A stretch of 35,217 nucleotides of DNA from Clostridia bacterium (GTDB lineage: Bacteria; Bacillota; Clostridia; Oscillospirales; Acutalibacteraceae): positions 1 through 35,217 of the forward strand of contig JAFYMD010000106.1 in NCBI GenBank assembly GCA_017556785.1. Reading direction: 5' to 3'. The translations under genes and the position numbers were made by a program. This document shows, one piece after another, positions 25,796 through 34,500 of this stretch; position 1 is the first letter of the stretch; every line of letters begins with the position of its first letter. The notes under the pieces were generated by a model. It worked only from the letters and a program-made list of their open reading frames with translations, made no database searches and had not been told where the DNA came from.

Positions 25796-26554
25796 TTATT
25801 TGTTGGTGCCGACAAATTCGCTGGGGGTAATGCCTTGCAAATTTTTAAAGGCACGATTAAAACTGCGAATGGTTGAGAATCCGCTTCTGGCCGCCACTTC
25901 GGTTATGGTCAGGTCGGTGGTGCGAAGCAAAGATGCCGCCAAATCCACCCGATACTGATTAACCAACGTGCAAAAGTTCATGCCGAAATTGTCCTTAATA
26001 CAGTTGGAAAGATAGTGGTAGCTGTACCCCAAATTTTCTGCTAATTGCTCCAAACGCAAGGTGCCGTCAAGATTTTGGCTAATGTATTCAATCACCTTCT
26101 CAATCAAATGGTTGTTTTTGTGGGAAGAAGGTTGCACCTCACATTGCGCACTCGCTTGGGCACACAGGGCATACAACACGCTTTTCCAACCGAACACGTC
26201 TTTTGGTTCGGGCAGCGAAAACAATTTTGGCTCGTTGGGACGAAAAACAGGATCGACAAATTCCTTGTCGTTGATAAACTTATAAAACTCATTGACATAA
26301 ATGGGGTCAAAAATCAACATAATCGCATCCGAAAATTCGGGTGTGTGATAGCTGTGGGATTGATTTGGCAACACCAAAACCGCTTCTCCCTCACGGATTT
26401 CATAGGAAATATCGTTGACCGTACAAGAAATGTTCCCTTCACAAACGTAAAAAAACTCAAAGCTATAATGCATGTGTCGTCCAAAGGTCATGCTTTGCAC
26501 CCGCTCGGCGCGAATTAAGCGATTCAAATGAGAAGCGTTGGCTTCGTATTGCAT
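25796..26554 (-). CDS. AraC family transcriptional regulator (cupin + HTH)
   Basis: 252 aa. The cupin is HMHYSFEFFYVCEGNISCTVNDISYEIREGEAVLVLPNQSHSY. The HTH is LEQLAENLGYSYHYLSNCIKDNFGMNFCTLVNQYRVDLAASLL...IRSFNRAFKNLQGITPSEF. The RBS GGAGGTGG precedes ATG 26554. It is divergent from the GH116-like gene. Confidence 0.85.
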   Translation of the reverse strand: MQYEANASHLNRLIRAERVQSMTFGRHMHYSFEFFYVCEGNISCTVNDISYEIREGEAVLVLPNQSHSYHTPEFSDAIMLIFDPIYVNEFYKFINDKEFVDPVFRPNEPKLFSLPEPKDVFGWKSVLYALCAQASAQCEVQPSSHKNNHLIEKVIEYISQNLDGTLRLEQLAENLGYSYHYLSNCIKDNFGMNFCTLVNQYRVDLAASLLRTTDLTITEVAARSGFSTIRSFNRAFKNLQGITPSEFVGTNK

Positions 26555-26588
26555 AAAACCACCTCCAACATCTTAACTTTTGTCTATA

Positions 26589-26635
26589 ATGATACAACCA
26601 ATGTCTTGCCTTGTCAAGGATATAAATTTTATAAT
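26589..26635. promoter_or_regulatory. Back-to-back divergent promoters (AraC gene on minus, GH116-like gene on plus)
   Basis: Plus strand: TTGCCT (26606-26611), an 18-nt spacer, then TATAAT (26630-26635). Minus strand: TTGACA (26617-26612), a 17-nt spacer, then TATCAT (26594-26589). The two -35 hexamers are directly adjacent and lie within the near-palindrome CCTTGTCAAGG. Confidence 0.5.
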
Positions 26636-26655
26636 GTAACAAAGGAGGAATCATC

Positions 26656-29600
26656 ATGAAAATGAAACGAAGTATCTCTATGATTTTGGTGCTGGTTTTG
26701 CTTTTGTCGGTCGTGGGAGTGGCTCTTCCCATTACGGCAACCGCAAGCAATACGGCGGAGGAGTTGGACTATATGTATTTGAAAAACTTAAATGGCCCTT
26801 CGGGGGTCGCCTTAGGCGGTATTGGGGTTGGGTATTACGAAATCGATCCTACAGGCACGGTCACCCGAAACTGTGTGAACAATATTCACAAATCCTTTGC
26901 CGACAAGCCAAACGGCTTTTTGGTGGGGGTATGGGACGGTAAAACCGCCACCCGTTTACAACGGGACAGTGCCACCACCTACGGTATGAAAGGGTATGCC
27001 GACAGTTATTATACCGGCTTGTGGCCCTATATGAACATTGACTTCAAAAATAGCCATTCCGGCACGGCCGACATGGGTTTTTCTGCTTATTCAGGACTGA
27101 CCGCTCACAACGTAAAAGACAGTTCTTTACCCGTAGTGTATTACGACGTCGTGTTAAAAAATGACGGTAGCTCGGCCAAGACCATGTCCACCATACTGAC
27201 TTGGGGTGACTTGATTGGTCGTGGCATGCGTGATTCGGACAAAGAAACCTTGTCCGACTTAAACGGTGAATCGGAAGATTGGTACGATATGCCCACTCCC
27301 CAAACCTATGCCAAAGGGGTACAGGTTTCAAACGGCGGCACGACCTATACCGGTGTTATGCAATATGCCAAAGGACAATTGTTACCCGAACGTGCTACCT
27401 TCCAAAACTACAACAATGCCTTTATGATTTTGGCAGAAGATACTGCCGCCACCGACGTTACCATTTTAAAGAATTTTAACGTTGCTAGCAGCAACGCTTT
27501 GTCCTCTTATACTTCTTCGGGCCGATTGAATGCTTACGATGCAGGGGAAGTGGCCTTGTCCGCCCCCACCAACGGTAGCCGTACCACCACCAACGGCAGT
27601 GCGGTTGCGGTATCTGCCAGCGTACCTGCCGGACAATCGGTGACCGTAAAATTGATGGTTTCTTGGTTTGCTCCCGAAATTATCGAGGCGCAATATGCAG
27701 GTATGCACCGATTCTCTACCTGTGATTTTAATAAATATTATCATAATTCTTTTTCTACCATTGAAGCCATGACTTCCTATGCCATCGGCATTCGGGATGC
27801 CCAAAGAGCAGGCATTCGGGAGTGGCAAGATCCCATTCTCAACAGTTCCATGCCCAAGTGGTTGCAATTCAAACAAATCAACAGCGGTTACACCCTGTAT
27901 AGTTGCGGTGTACTGAACAAACGGGGCAATTTCTCTACCTTAGAGGGGGAAATGGGCGGCTACGGCGGCACCATGGACCAAAAGATGAGTTCTTACCCTG
28001 TATATGAAAAATTATTCCCTCAATTAAACTTGACCGAAAACCGTCAGTTTGCCAACGTAACAGGGTCAAACGGCGAGATTCAACACTTTGACATTCACTA
28101 CTATTACGGAATGTCTGACTATGAAAACAAAGACAATCCCACCCCTGCCGGCAGTATGATCGACAACTCCGGCACCTGGATGATGCAAATGTGGAATCAC
28201 TATCGGCAAACCGCCGACGTCACCTATTTGCAACAATATTATTCGGTGATGAAGCAGTCCATGAAATTCCTGCAAGCACGTTGTCCTGCAGGTACGCACA
28301 TTCCTTCTTACAACACCACCTATGACGATTATTCCCATCCCCAAGTGATGGTCTATTCGGGTACCGTATGGCTGCACATGCTGGATTTGGCACAACGTTG
28401 GGCAACTTTGATGGGCGAATCCGACCAAGCCGCAGCCTATGCCGCCGAATACAAGGAAGCCTTTGATGATGTGAACCTCTACTACAAGGCCTGGTCAGCC
28501 GACCTTGGCTACGATGCGTTTTATGCCTACGGCAGTAACGGGGAATTCCTTTCCTCCAACGGTCAAAGCGGCAACGTAGAAAGTGCCATTATGTTCTCGG
28601 GGGCTATGGCAGGGCAGTTCATCAGCCGTATGAACGGACAAGGGGACGTGGTTCCCTTTGACCAATTCGTTTCCCACATGAAGACCTTCCTGCAAACCTC
28701 GGTGCAACAAACCAACGATTACATGGCACCGAAGGTTTATAACATCCGTACCGAGCAAGGGTTGGATTGGCTCAGCTCCAACTGTTGGCCTTTCTACCTG
28801 GAAAGCTATGGCGGCATGGCAGCCATTCAAGCAGGGTATTTGGAAGACGGTTTGGAAATTTTGGAACATACCTCTTTGGTAGACCTGCGATTGGGCTACA
28901 CCTGGACTCGTAGTTTGTGGAGCCGCGCTTATATTACCTATATGACCGCTCCCGTTAGCTGGATGATCGGTGACGTGTTGGCAGGCGCCAGCGTAGATGC
29001 TCCCAATCATACCTTGACCTTGGGACCCTCTTGCTTGGCAAGTGAAGGGGTAGGCGTTAGTGATAACCTGACCGTTACCCTTTACTATCCCAAATATTGG
29101 GCAACCGTGAACTACAACAAAACCAGCGGTTCGTTTACTTATAAGATCATCAAAACCTTCTACGAAAACGGAGAACAACCCATTACCATCAACAAGGTGA
29201 TCGCTTCCCCCGCAGGGGTTCAAACCGCCGATGCCCAAACCATTACGCTGGATAGCACCTTTACGGTGACCGAAGGAGCGGTGTTGGATTTGTCGGCAAC
29301 CATGGACAAATTCCAAGGGGTGACCAAAGAAAAACTGTTGCAACCCGTGGCAGAATACGAGCCTCCCAAAGAGGAAGTGGTTGCTAACGGTACAGGGCTT
29401 ACCACTCGTCTGACCGCAAACGGTCAAACCACGTCCCTGCCCAAAACCGAAAGTGTCAACCTGCGATTTAACAAAGACAATCTGCCTGCCGAAAATGTAA
29501 CCGATGCTTACACCTTGGAACTGCAAGGACGCATTTTGCCCAAATACAGCCAAAAATATCAGTTGCTGTTTGAATATACGGGCAATCCGGACGATCTGAT

Positions 29601-31425
29601 TATTGAAATCGACGGCAAAGTAGTAACCGACTACGGCAGCGATATTTCGGCGGTGGAATCCCAACAATTCACCCCAACGGCAGGCTGTGCCCTGCGGGTG
29701 GTTACCATGGGGCTGGAAGGGGGCAACCTCTATTCGGTAAAGATCACCTACAAAGGGGACGTGTCCGATGCTACCGACGATGTGCTTCGCTTCCTTTGGT
29801 GGTCCACCACGCAACAAATGAGTCTGGTCATCAAAGAACGGATGTATCCCGTGATTCAGTTTGACGAAATAATCAACGGGGTAGAATATACCGACGGTAC
29901 GGTGCAAGTGGAAAATGAACACGTGGCGTATACCACCCCCGGCACCTATGCCATTTACAGCGGCATCGACTTTGGCGCAGGCGGAAAAGATTATCTCTTT
30001 AAAATCCGCGCCGCCGCCATTCGCAACGAATTGTCTCAAGGGGGCACTTTGCAGATCCGTCGGAACGACAAAAACGGCGAGTTGCTGGGTAGTCTGGAAT
30101 TTACTCCTACCTCCGATACCGGATGGGGTAATTATCAATGGTTCACCACCTCTCTGCACAGCGATCAGGGATTGCAAGGCTTCGAGGATATTTGTCTGGT
30201 GTTCCAACCTGTGGTCAGCAACGGATTTTTGATGAACTACGATCAGTTAACCTTCCTCCGTTCGGGTGTGGGTGGCAAAATTGTAGATGCCACCTCGGTT
30301 ATCGACGGGAAATCCTACACCGATGCCACCGCCGAAATTGAAGGCGACCACATGGCTTGGACCGGGCCGAACACCTATGCTTTGTATACCGGATTGGACT
30401 TTGGCGAAACCGCCCGAAACTTTACCTTTAAGATCAAGGCAGGCGCCATTAACAACGAGCACTCTCAAGGCGGCACCATGGAACTGCGGCTTGATGGGGA
30501 AAACGGTACGCTACTGGGTGTGTTGGACTTTACTCCCACCGGCGATTGGGCAAAATACGAGGAACAAACCCTGCAACTGAATCAACCCTTGTCGGGAGTA
30601 CAAAATATTTGTCTGGTATTTAAGCCGGTCAGTTCCTTCTTGTTTAACTACACCACCTTCACCTTTGAAGGGGAGCGCATTCTTTCTTCCTTTGACAAGT
30701 TTACCGACGTGTCAACTCCCATCTATCATTTAGGATTAGCGGGGGCAACCGAATCGGATAGTCATTGGACCGATTATCGCTATATTGCCCAAGAAATCGT
30801 GCCTACCAAGGCGGATTTGTACGGTGCGGCATTGGCATTAAATCTCACCGCAGGTAAAGCAACCGTGCATATGGAATTGCGGGAACAACTGAACGGAAAT
30901 GCCGTGGCAGTAACCGAGCAAACCATTGAAAGCAAGGGCAACGGCGTGGCATTTTATGATGTTCGTTTTGATGAAAAAGTCACCGTAGAGCCGCAAAAAC
31001 TGTACTATCTGGTGTATTACCTGACCGCACGGGAGGCAGGCAACGTTTGTATTGTCCACGGTGCTAATTTGGGTGCCAATAAGGCAGAATATATCGGTTA
31101 TGTGTGGAAAATGGCAGACGGTCAACCTGTTTCTTATTCCGCAGGGGACAAGAATCTGACCTTTGGCTTTGAATTGATTACCACGGCAGAAGAACCCGTG
31201 AATCCGCCTGTGGCAATCCCCTACGGCGACGTAGACGGTGACGACAGAGTCTCTGCCACCGACGCTTTGGAAGTGTTAAAATCGGTGGTAGGCAACGTGA
31301 CCTTGACCGAAGAACAAACGGTGCTTGCCGACGTGGACGGAGATGAGAAAATCTCCTCTGCCGACGCACTATATATCCTAAAAAAAGTAGTTGGTAAAAT
31401 CGACAAGTTCCCGGTGGAGGAATAA
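26656..31425 (+). CDS. Secreted 1589-aa GH116-like glycoside hydrolase with PA14-like module, two CBM6-like modules, a further beta-sandwich module and C-terminal dockerin
   Basis: Signal peptide MKMKRSISMILVLVLLLSVVGVALPITATA. The GH116 N-terminal-domain signature is ALGGIGVGYYEI ... GLWPYMNIDF ... VKDSSLPVV. A DUF608-like six-hairpin region follows: LEGEMGGYGGTMDQ, EIQHFD, NTTYDDY and VWLHMLDLAQRWATLMG. The RBS AAAGGAGGAA precedes ATG 26656. Confidence 0.75.
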   Translation: MKMKRSISMILVLVLLLSVVGVALPITATASNTAEELDYMYLKNLNGPSGVALGGIGVGYYEIDPTGTVTRNCVNNIHKSFADKPNGFLVGVWDGKTATRLQRDSATTYGMKGYADSYYTGLWPYMNIDFKNSHSGTADMGFSAYSGLTAHNVKDSSLPVVYYDVVLKNDGSSAKTMSTILTWGDLIGRGMRDSDKETLSDLNGESEDWYDMPTPQTYAKGVQVSNGGTTYTGVMQYAKGQLLPERATFQNYNNAFMILAEDTAATDVTILKNFNVASSNALSSYTSSGRLNAYDAGEVALSAPTNGSRTTTNGSAVAVSASVPAGQSVTVKLMVSWFAPEIIEAQYAGMHRFSTCDFNKYYHNSFSTIEAMTSYAIGIRDAQRAGIREWQDPILNSSMPKWLQFKQINSGYTLYSCGVLNKRGNFSTLEGEMGGYGGTMDQKMSSYPVYEKLFPQLNLTENRQFANVTGSNGEIQHFDIHYYYGMSDYENKDNPTPAGSMIDNSGTWMMQMWNHYRQTADVTYLQQYYSVMKQSMKFLQARCPAGTHIPSYNTTYDDYSHPQVMVYSGTVWLHMLDLAQRWATLMGESDQAAAYAAEYKEAFDDVNLYYKAWSADLGYDAFYAYGSNGEFLSSNGQSGNVESAIMFSGAMAGQFISRMNGQGDVVPFDQFVSHMKTFLQTSVQQTNDYMAPKVYNIRTEQGLDWLSSNCWPFYLESYGGMAAIQAGYLEDGLEILEHTSLVDLRLGYTWTRSLWSRAYITYMTAPVSWMIGDVLAGASVDAPNHTLTLGPSCLASEGVGVSDNLTVTLYYPKYWATVNYNKTSGSFTYKIIKTFYENGEQPITINKVIASPAGVQTADAQTITLDSTFTVTEGAVLDLSATMDKFQGVTKEKLLQPVAEYEPPKEEVVANGTGLTTRLTANGQTTSLPKTESVNLRFNKDNLPAENVTDAYTLELQGRILPKYSQKYQLLFEYTGNPDDLIIEIDGKVVTDYGSDISAVESQQFTPTAGCALRVVTMGLEGGNLYSVKITYKGDVSDATDDVLRFLWWSTTQQMSLVIKERMYPVIQFDEIINGVEYTDGTVQVENEHVAYTTPGTYAIYSGIDFGAGGKDYLFKIRAAAIRNELSQGGTLQIRRNDKNGELLGSLEFTPTSDTGWGNYQWFTTSLHSDQGLQGFEDICLVFQPVVSNGFLMNYDQLTFLRSGVGGKIVDATSVIDGKSYTDATAEIEGDHMAWTGPNTYALYTGLDFGETARNFTFKIKAGAINNEHSQGGTMELRLDGENGTLLGVLDFTPTGDWAKYEEQTLQLNQPLSGVQNICLVFKPVSSFLFNYTTFTFEGERILSSFDKFTDVSTPIYHLGLAGATESDSHWTDYRYIAQEIVPTKADLYGAALALNLTAGKATVHMELREQLNGNAVAVTEQTIESKGNGVAFYDVRFDEKVTVEPQKLYYLVYYLTAREAGNVCIVHGANLGANKAEYIGYVWKMADGQPVSYSAGDKNLTFGFELITTAEEPVNPPVAIPYGDVDGDDRVSATDALEVLKSVVGNVTLTEEQTVLADVDGDEKISSADALYILKKVVGKIDKFPVEE
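29390..29830 (+). other. PA14-like module
   Basis: YTLELQGRILPKYSQKYQLLFEYTGNPDDLIIEIDGKVVTDYG...LEGGNLYSVKITYKGD...LRFLWWS. This fits the PA14 pattern (DD..i.iDG, Y.v.i.Y, l.W). Confidence 0.55.
29869..30675 (+). repeat. Two tandem CBM6/CBM35-like modules (29869-30265 and 30277-30675)
   Basis: Copy 1 reads INGVEYTDGTVQVENEHVAYTTPGTYAIYSGIDFGAGGKDYLFKIRAAAIRNELSQGGTLQIRRNDKNGELLGSLEFTPTSDTGWGNYQWFTTSL...ICLVFQP. Copy 2 reads IDGKSYTDATAEIEGDHMAWTGPNTYALYTGLDFGETARNFTFKIKAGAINNEHSQGGTMELRLDGENGTLLGVLDFTPTGDWAKYEEQTLQL...ICLVFKP. This layout is typical of CBM6-type sugar-binding modules. Confidence 0.65.
31222..31413 (+). other. Dockerin module (C-terminal)
   Basis: YGDVDGDDRVSATDALEVLKSVVGNVTLTEEQTVLADVDGDEKISSADALYILKKVVGKIDKFP. 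Confidence 0.85.
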
Positions 31426-31439
31426 TCCATTTTACCCTT

Positions 31440-31478
31440 AAACTCACCCTCTTTCCCGAGGGTGAGTTTTTCGTTTTC
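31440..31478 (+). terminator. Rho-independent terminator after the GH116-like gene
   Basis: ACTCACCCTC (31442-31451) pairs with GAGGGTGAGT (31458-31467) around a 6-nt loop. It is followed by TTTTTCGTTTT. Confidence 0.8.
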
Positions 31479-31494
31479 CTTGGATGATTTTCCC

Positions 31495-31523
31495 TTGCAC
31501 ATAAGATTGCTTTGGTGTATAAT
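31495..31523 (+). promoter_or_regulatory. Putative sigma-A promoter of the last gene
   Basis: TTGCAC (31495-31500), a 17-nt spacer, then a consensus TATAAT (31518-31523). The RBS GAGGAGGA lies 6 nt before ATG 31567. Confidence 0.6.
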
Positions 31524-31566
31524 CAAAATAGATATATATACCTATTATCTTTGAGGAGGATGTGCT

Positions 31567-34500
31567 ATGAAACGCTTACTCACGTTTGTGATGGTTTTGT
31601 GCTTGCTTTGCTCATTGGCAGTGCCTTTTGACGCATCAGCCGCCATTCCGCTTGACCAGTCTATTGACGGACTGAACAATACCTCTTTGGTCGTTTTGCC
31701 TGCCGGGAACACCGGTACCAATTATCCCAAAGGCAAAATCGTTACCGACAACTATACCGAAGGTGACGGCAGTTTATATTCCAACTGGCCTGCGCCCGCC
31801 AGCGGAACTCTTGCAGGAACCCAAAACGGCATCAACATTTCCCTTGTTGGTGTAGGCGGCAGTGCGGGGCTGAATATTGCCGCCGCTACCTACGTTTCTT
31901 TTGACCTGTATCTGCATGGGGTAAGCTTTACCGCCGGTAAAGATGCCCTGATTCGTTTTGGCTCGCAAGCCTCGTGGAACTCCACCGACTTGGGCTCGGT
32001 TTATTTTACCGACCAAGCCAAAAATATGAAAGAGGGTTGGAACCACTTTACCATTCCTCTTCCTGCTTCTTGGAACCACACCTCGGTAAAAAATATTTGG
32101 ATTGCTTTTGACAACGGCTGTACCGCTGTTACCCTTACCGCGAATGATGCTTATGTATTGTTAGACGACCTGCGGTTGTTAAACAACGAGGGGAAAGCCA
32201 TTAACGACGTGCGTAACCAAGCCAAGCCGGTGATTGCCGCCATTGCCAAGGCATATAAAACCTCTGCCAAGGCCGATATTACCGCCGCTCGCAATGCTTA
32301 TAACGCTTTGTCTGCCGCCGCTAAGGCTTACGTAACCAATTTGGATAAGTTGGATGCCGCCTCGGTTGCTTATGACAAGCAATTCCGCTCGCTGGATACC
32401 CTTGTGGGTATAAATGGGGGCAACGGCACCCAAAACCGCACCATTGAACCGACCAACTATATGGAAGGCAAAGGTGCCGGTAAATGGGAATATACCGCCG
32501 CTTCCAATGGGTTGTTCTGGTATGTATATTGTGATAATCACACCACCGACACGGTGGGTATGGATATTTCCGGTGCGGAATATATCGTCTTCGACTTCTT
32601 TGTCAGCAATGCTTCTGCTTGGACGTTGGCAGGGGACACCCGCATCAACTTCCGTGACTCCACCGACGGGTGGAATTCCAAGGCGGGACAGGTAACTGCC
32701 ACCAATATGAATAACACCTTTAAAGCCATGAAAACCGGTTGGAACCATGTGGCTTTGCCCATTGACCGCTCTGCCGCCACGGTAAATAACGTGTGGGGAT
32801 TTCGTATGTATTTTGCCAGCGGTACGGCACCTGCCGGTTTTTATACCATGATTGACGACATTCGGTTTGTAAGCGCATCCTACGTAAATAGTCAACACTA
32901 TGCCGATACCATTGCCGCAAAAAAGGTTGCCGCCCAAATCGGTTCCTTGCCCAACAGCGCTTCGGCTGCTCAAATTCATTCGGTGCAAAATGCGTATTTT
33001 GCCTTAACCGATGCGCAACGTCCCTTGGTTGCCAATATTGCTCATCTGAACAAACTGGTGAACAACCTTTCGGCAACTTCGGTGAATATTCAATATCGTC
33101 ACCTGAACAACGCCGAACGCACCTCTCAAGAAGCCGCTACTACCACCGAAACCACCACCATGCGGGTAGAAGGTACGGGGGCCGCTAAATTCGTGCACGC
33201 AGTTGACCGCACCAACGGTTTGTATTGGTATGTATATTGCGAATCTTCTGCCGCCTCTACCGGCACCAATATTGCAGGGGCAACCCATATTACCTTTGAC
33301 TTTTACGTCAGCGATCCCTCAAAATGGAGCATTGGCACGGCAGATATGCGTCTGTCGGTACGGAACGTTGCTTCCACCACGTGGGACAACTCTTGTACCC
33401 AGGTTTCTGCCGCCAATATGAAAACCGCATTCTCGAACGTAAAACAAGGGTGGAACCATATTGTTATGCCCTTGGAATCTTTGTTGACCAACGATGCTTT
33501 CGCATTCCGTATGTATATGACCGGCGGTAGTGCCAAGCAAGGCTTTTACACCATCATTGACGACGTTCGGTTTGTGAACCGCACCTATCTTGCATCGGCA
33601 GACTATGCTGACCGTATTGCCGCCAAAAAGGTTTCGGGTTTGATTTCTCAACTCACCTCCCAAAGCGGTTCCACCCAAATTTCTGCCGCCCGCACCGCTT
33701 ACAATGCCTTGACTACCACCCAACAAGGCTACGTTTGCAACTACGATTGGCTTACCGCTTACGAAGCAGGTAACGCCCCTGCAGGAAGCGCTCAACAAAC
33801 CTTCCAAACCATTCCTGCCGAACATTTAGGAAATCTGGCAGGCTATGCCAAGGGCGAATTCTCTTTGGCGATTTTAAGTGACTTGCACTATGCCGTAAAC
33901 TGGAATAGCCAACAAAAAGATATTTACTTCAACTCCATGAAATATATTTTGGACCGTGCTGATTCCGAAAACACCCTCATGACCATTCAACTGGGGGATA
34001 TGACCAGCGGTAACCGCTATGCCGAATGGCTTACCGTGCGCGAAGGTTTCCAAATGCTGGTAGACGGCGGCATGCCCTATGCCACCACCATTGGTAACCA
34101 CGATATCGGTAGCGGTGCCAATGCAGCCTATAATGCCTTCTTGCCTTACAGCGAGCAGGTTGCCGAAAACCCCTATTTGGCTGGCGCCAAAGAAGAAGGC
34201 AAAACCGACAACTTGTACTACACCTTTAAGGTGAACGGTGTAAAATACATGGTGCTTGTGCTGGCTTGCTATCCCAAAGATGCGGTGCTCAGTTGGGCAG
34301 ACAGTGTGGTAAAAGCCCACTCGGATTACAACGTAATTTTGGTTACCCACTCTTACCTGCAAATGAAAAACGGTACTTTGGGTTACACCGAAGAAGTGGA
34401 AGCCCTCGCCGCCGGTTTTAAGGGCATTAACGTGTGGAATAACCTGATTAAAGGTAATCCCAACATCTTTATGACCTTCAGCGCCCACAACTCCTATCCC

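Noticed and set aside
26608-26620. Near-palindrome CCTTGTCAAGG as a specific AraC operator
   Set aside because: It is short and occurs once. AraC proteins usually bind direct repeats of about 17 bp, and I could not find a convincing second half-site. I report it only as part of the promoter geometry.
28495-30207. 570-aa minus-strand ORF
   Set aside because: It lies antisense to the GH116-like gene. The translation is Gly/Val/His-rich with no motifs. The plus frame has a signal peptide, family motifs, an RBS and a terminator.
1808-31413. Calling the locus a cellulosome gene cluster
   Set aside because: Dockerins are present. However, the window contains no cohesin or scaffoldin and no classical cellulase or xylanase families (GH5, GH9, GH48, GH10, GH11).
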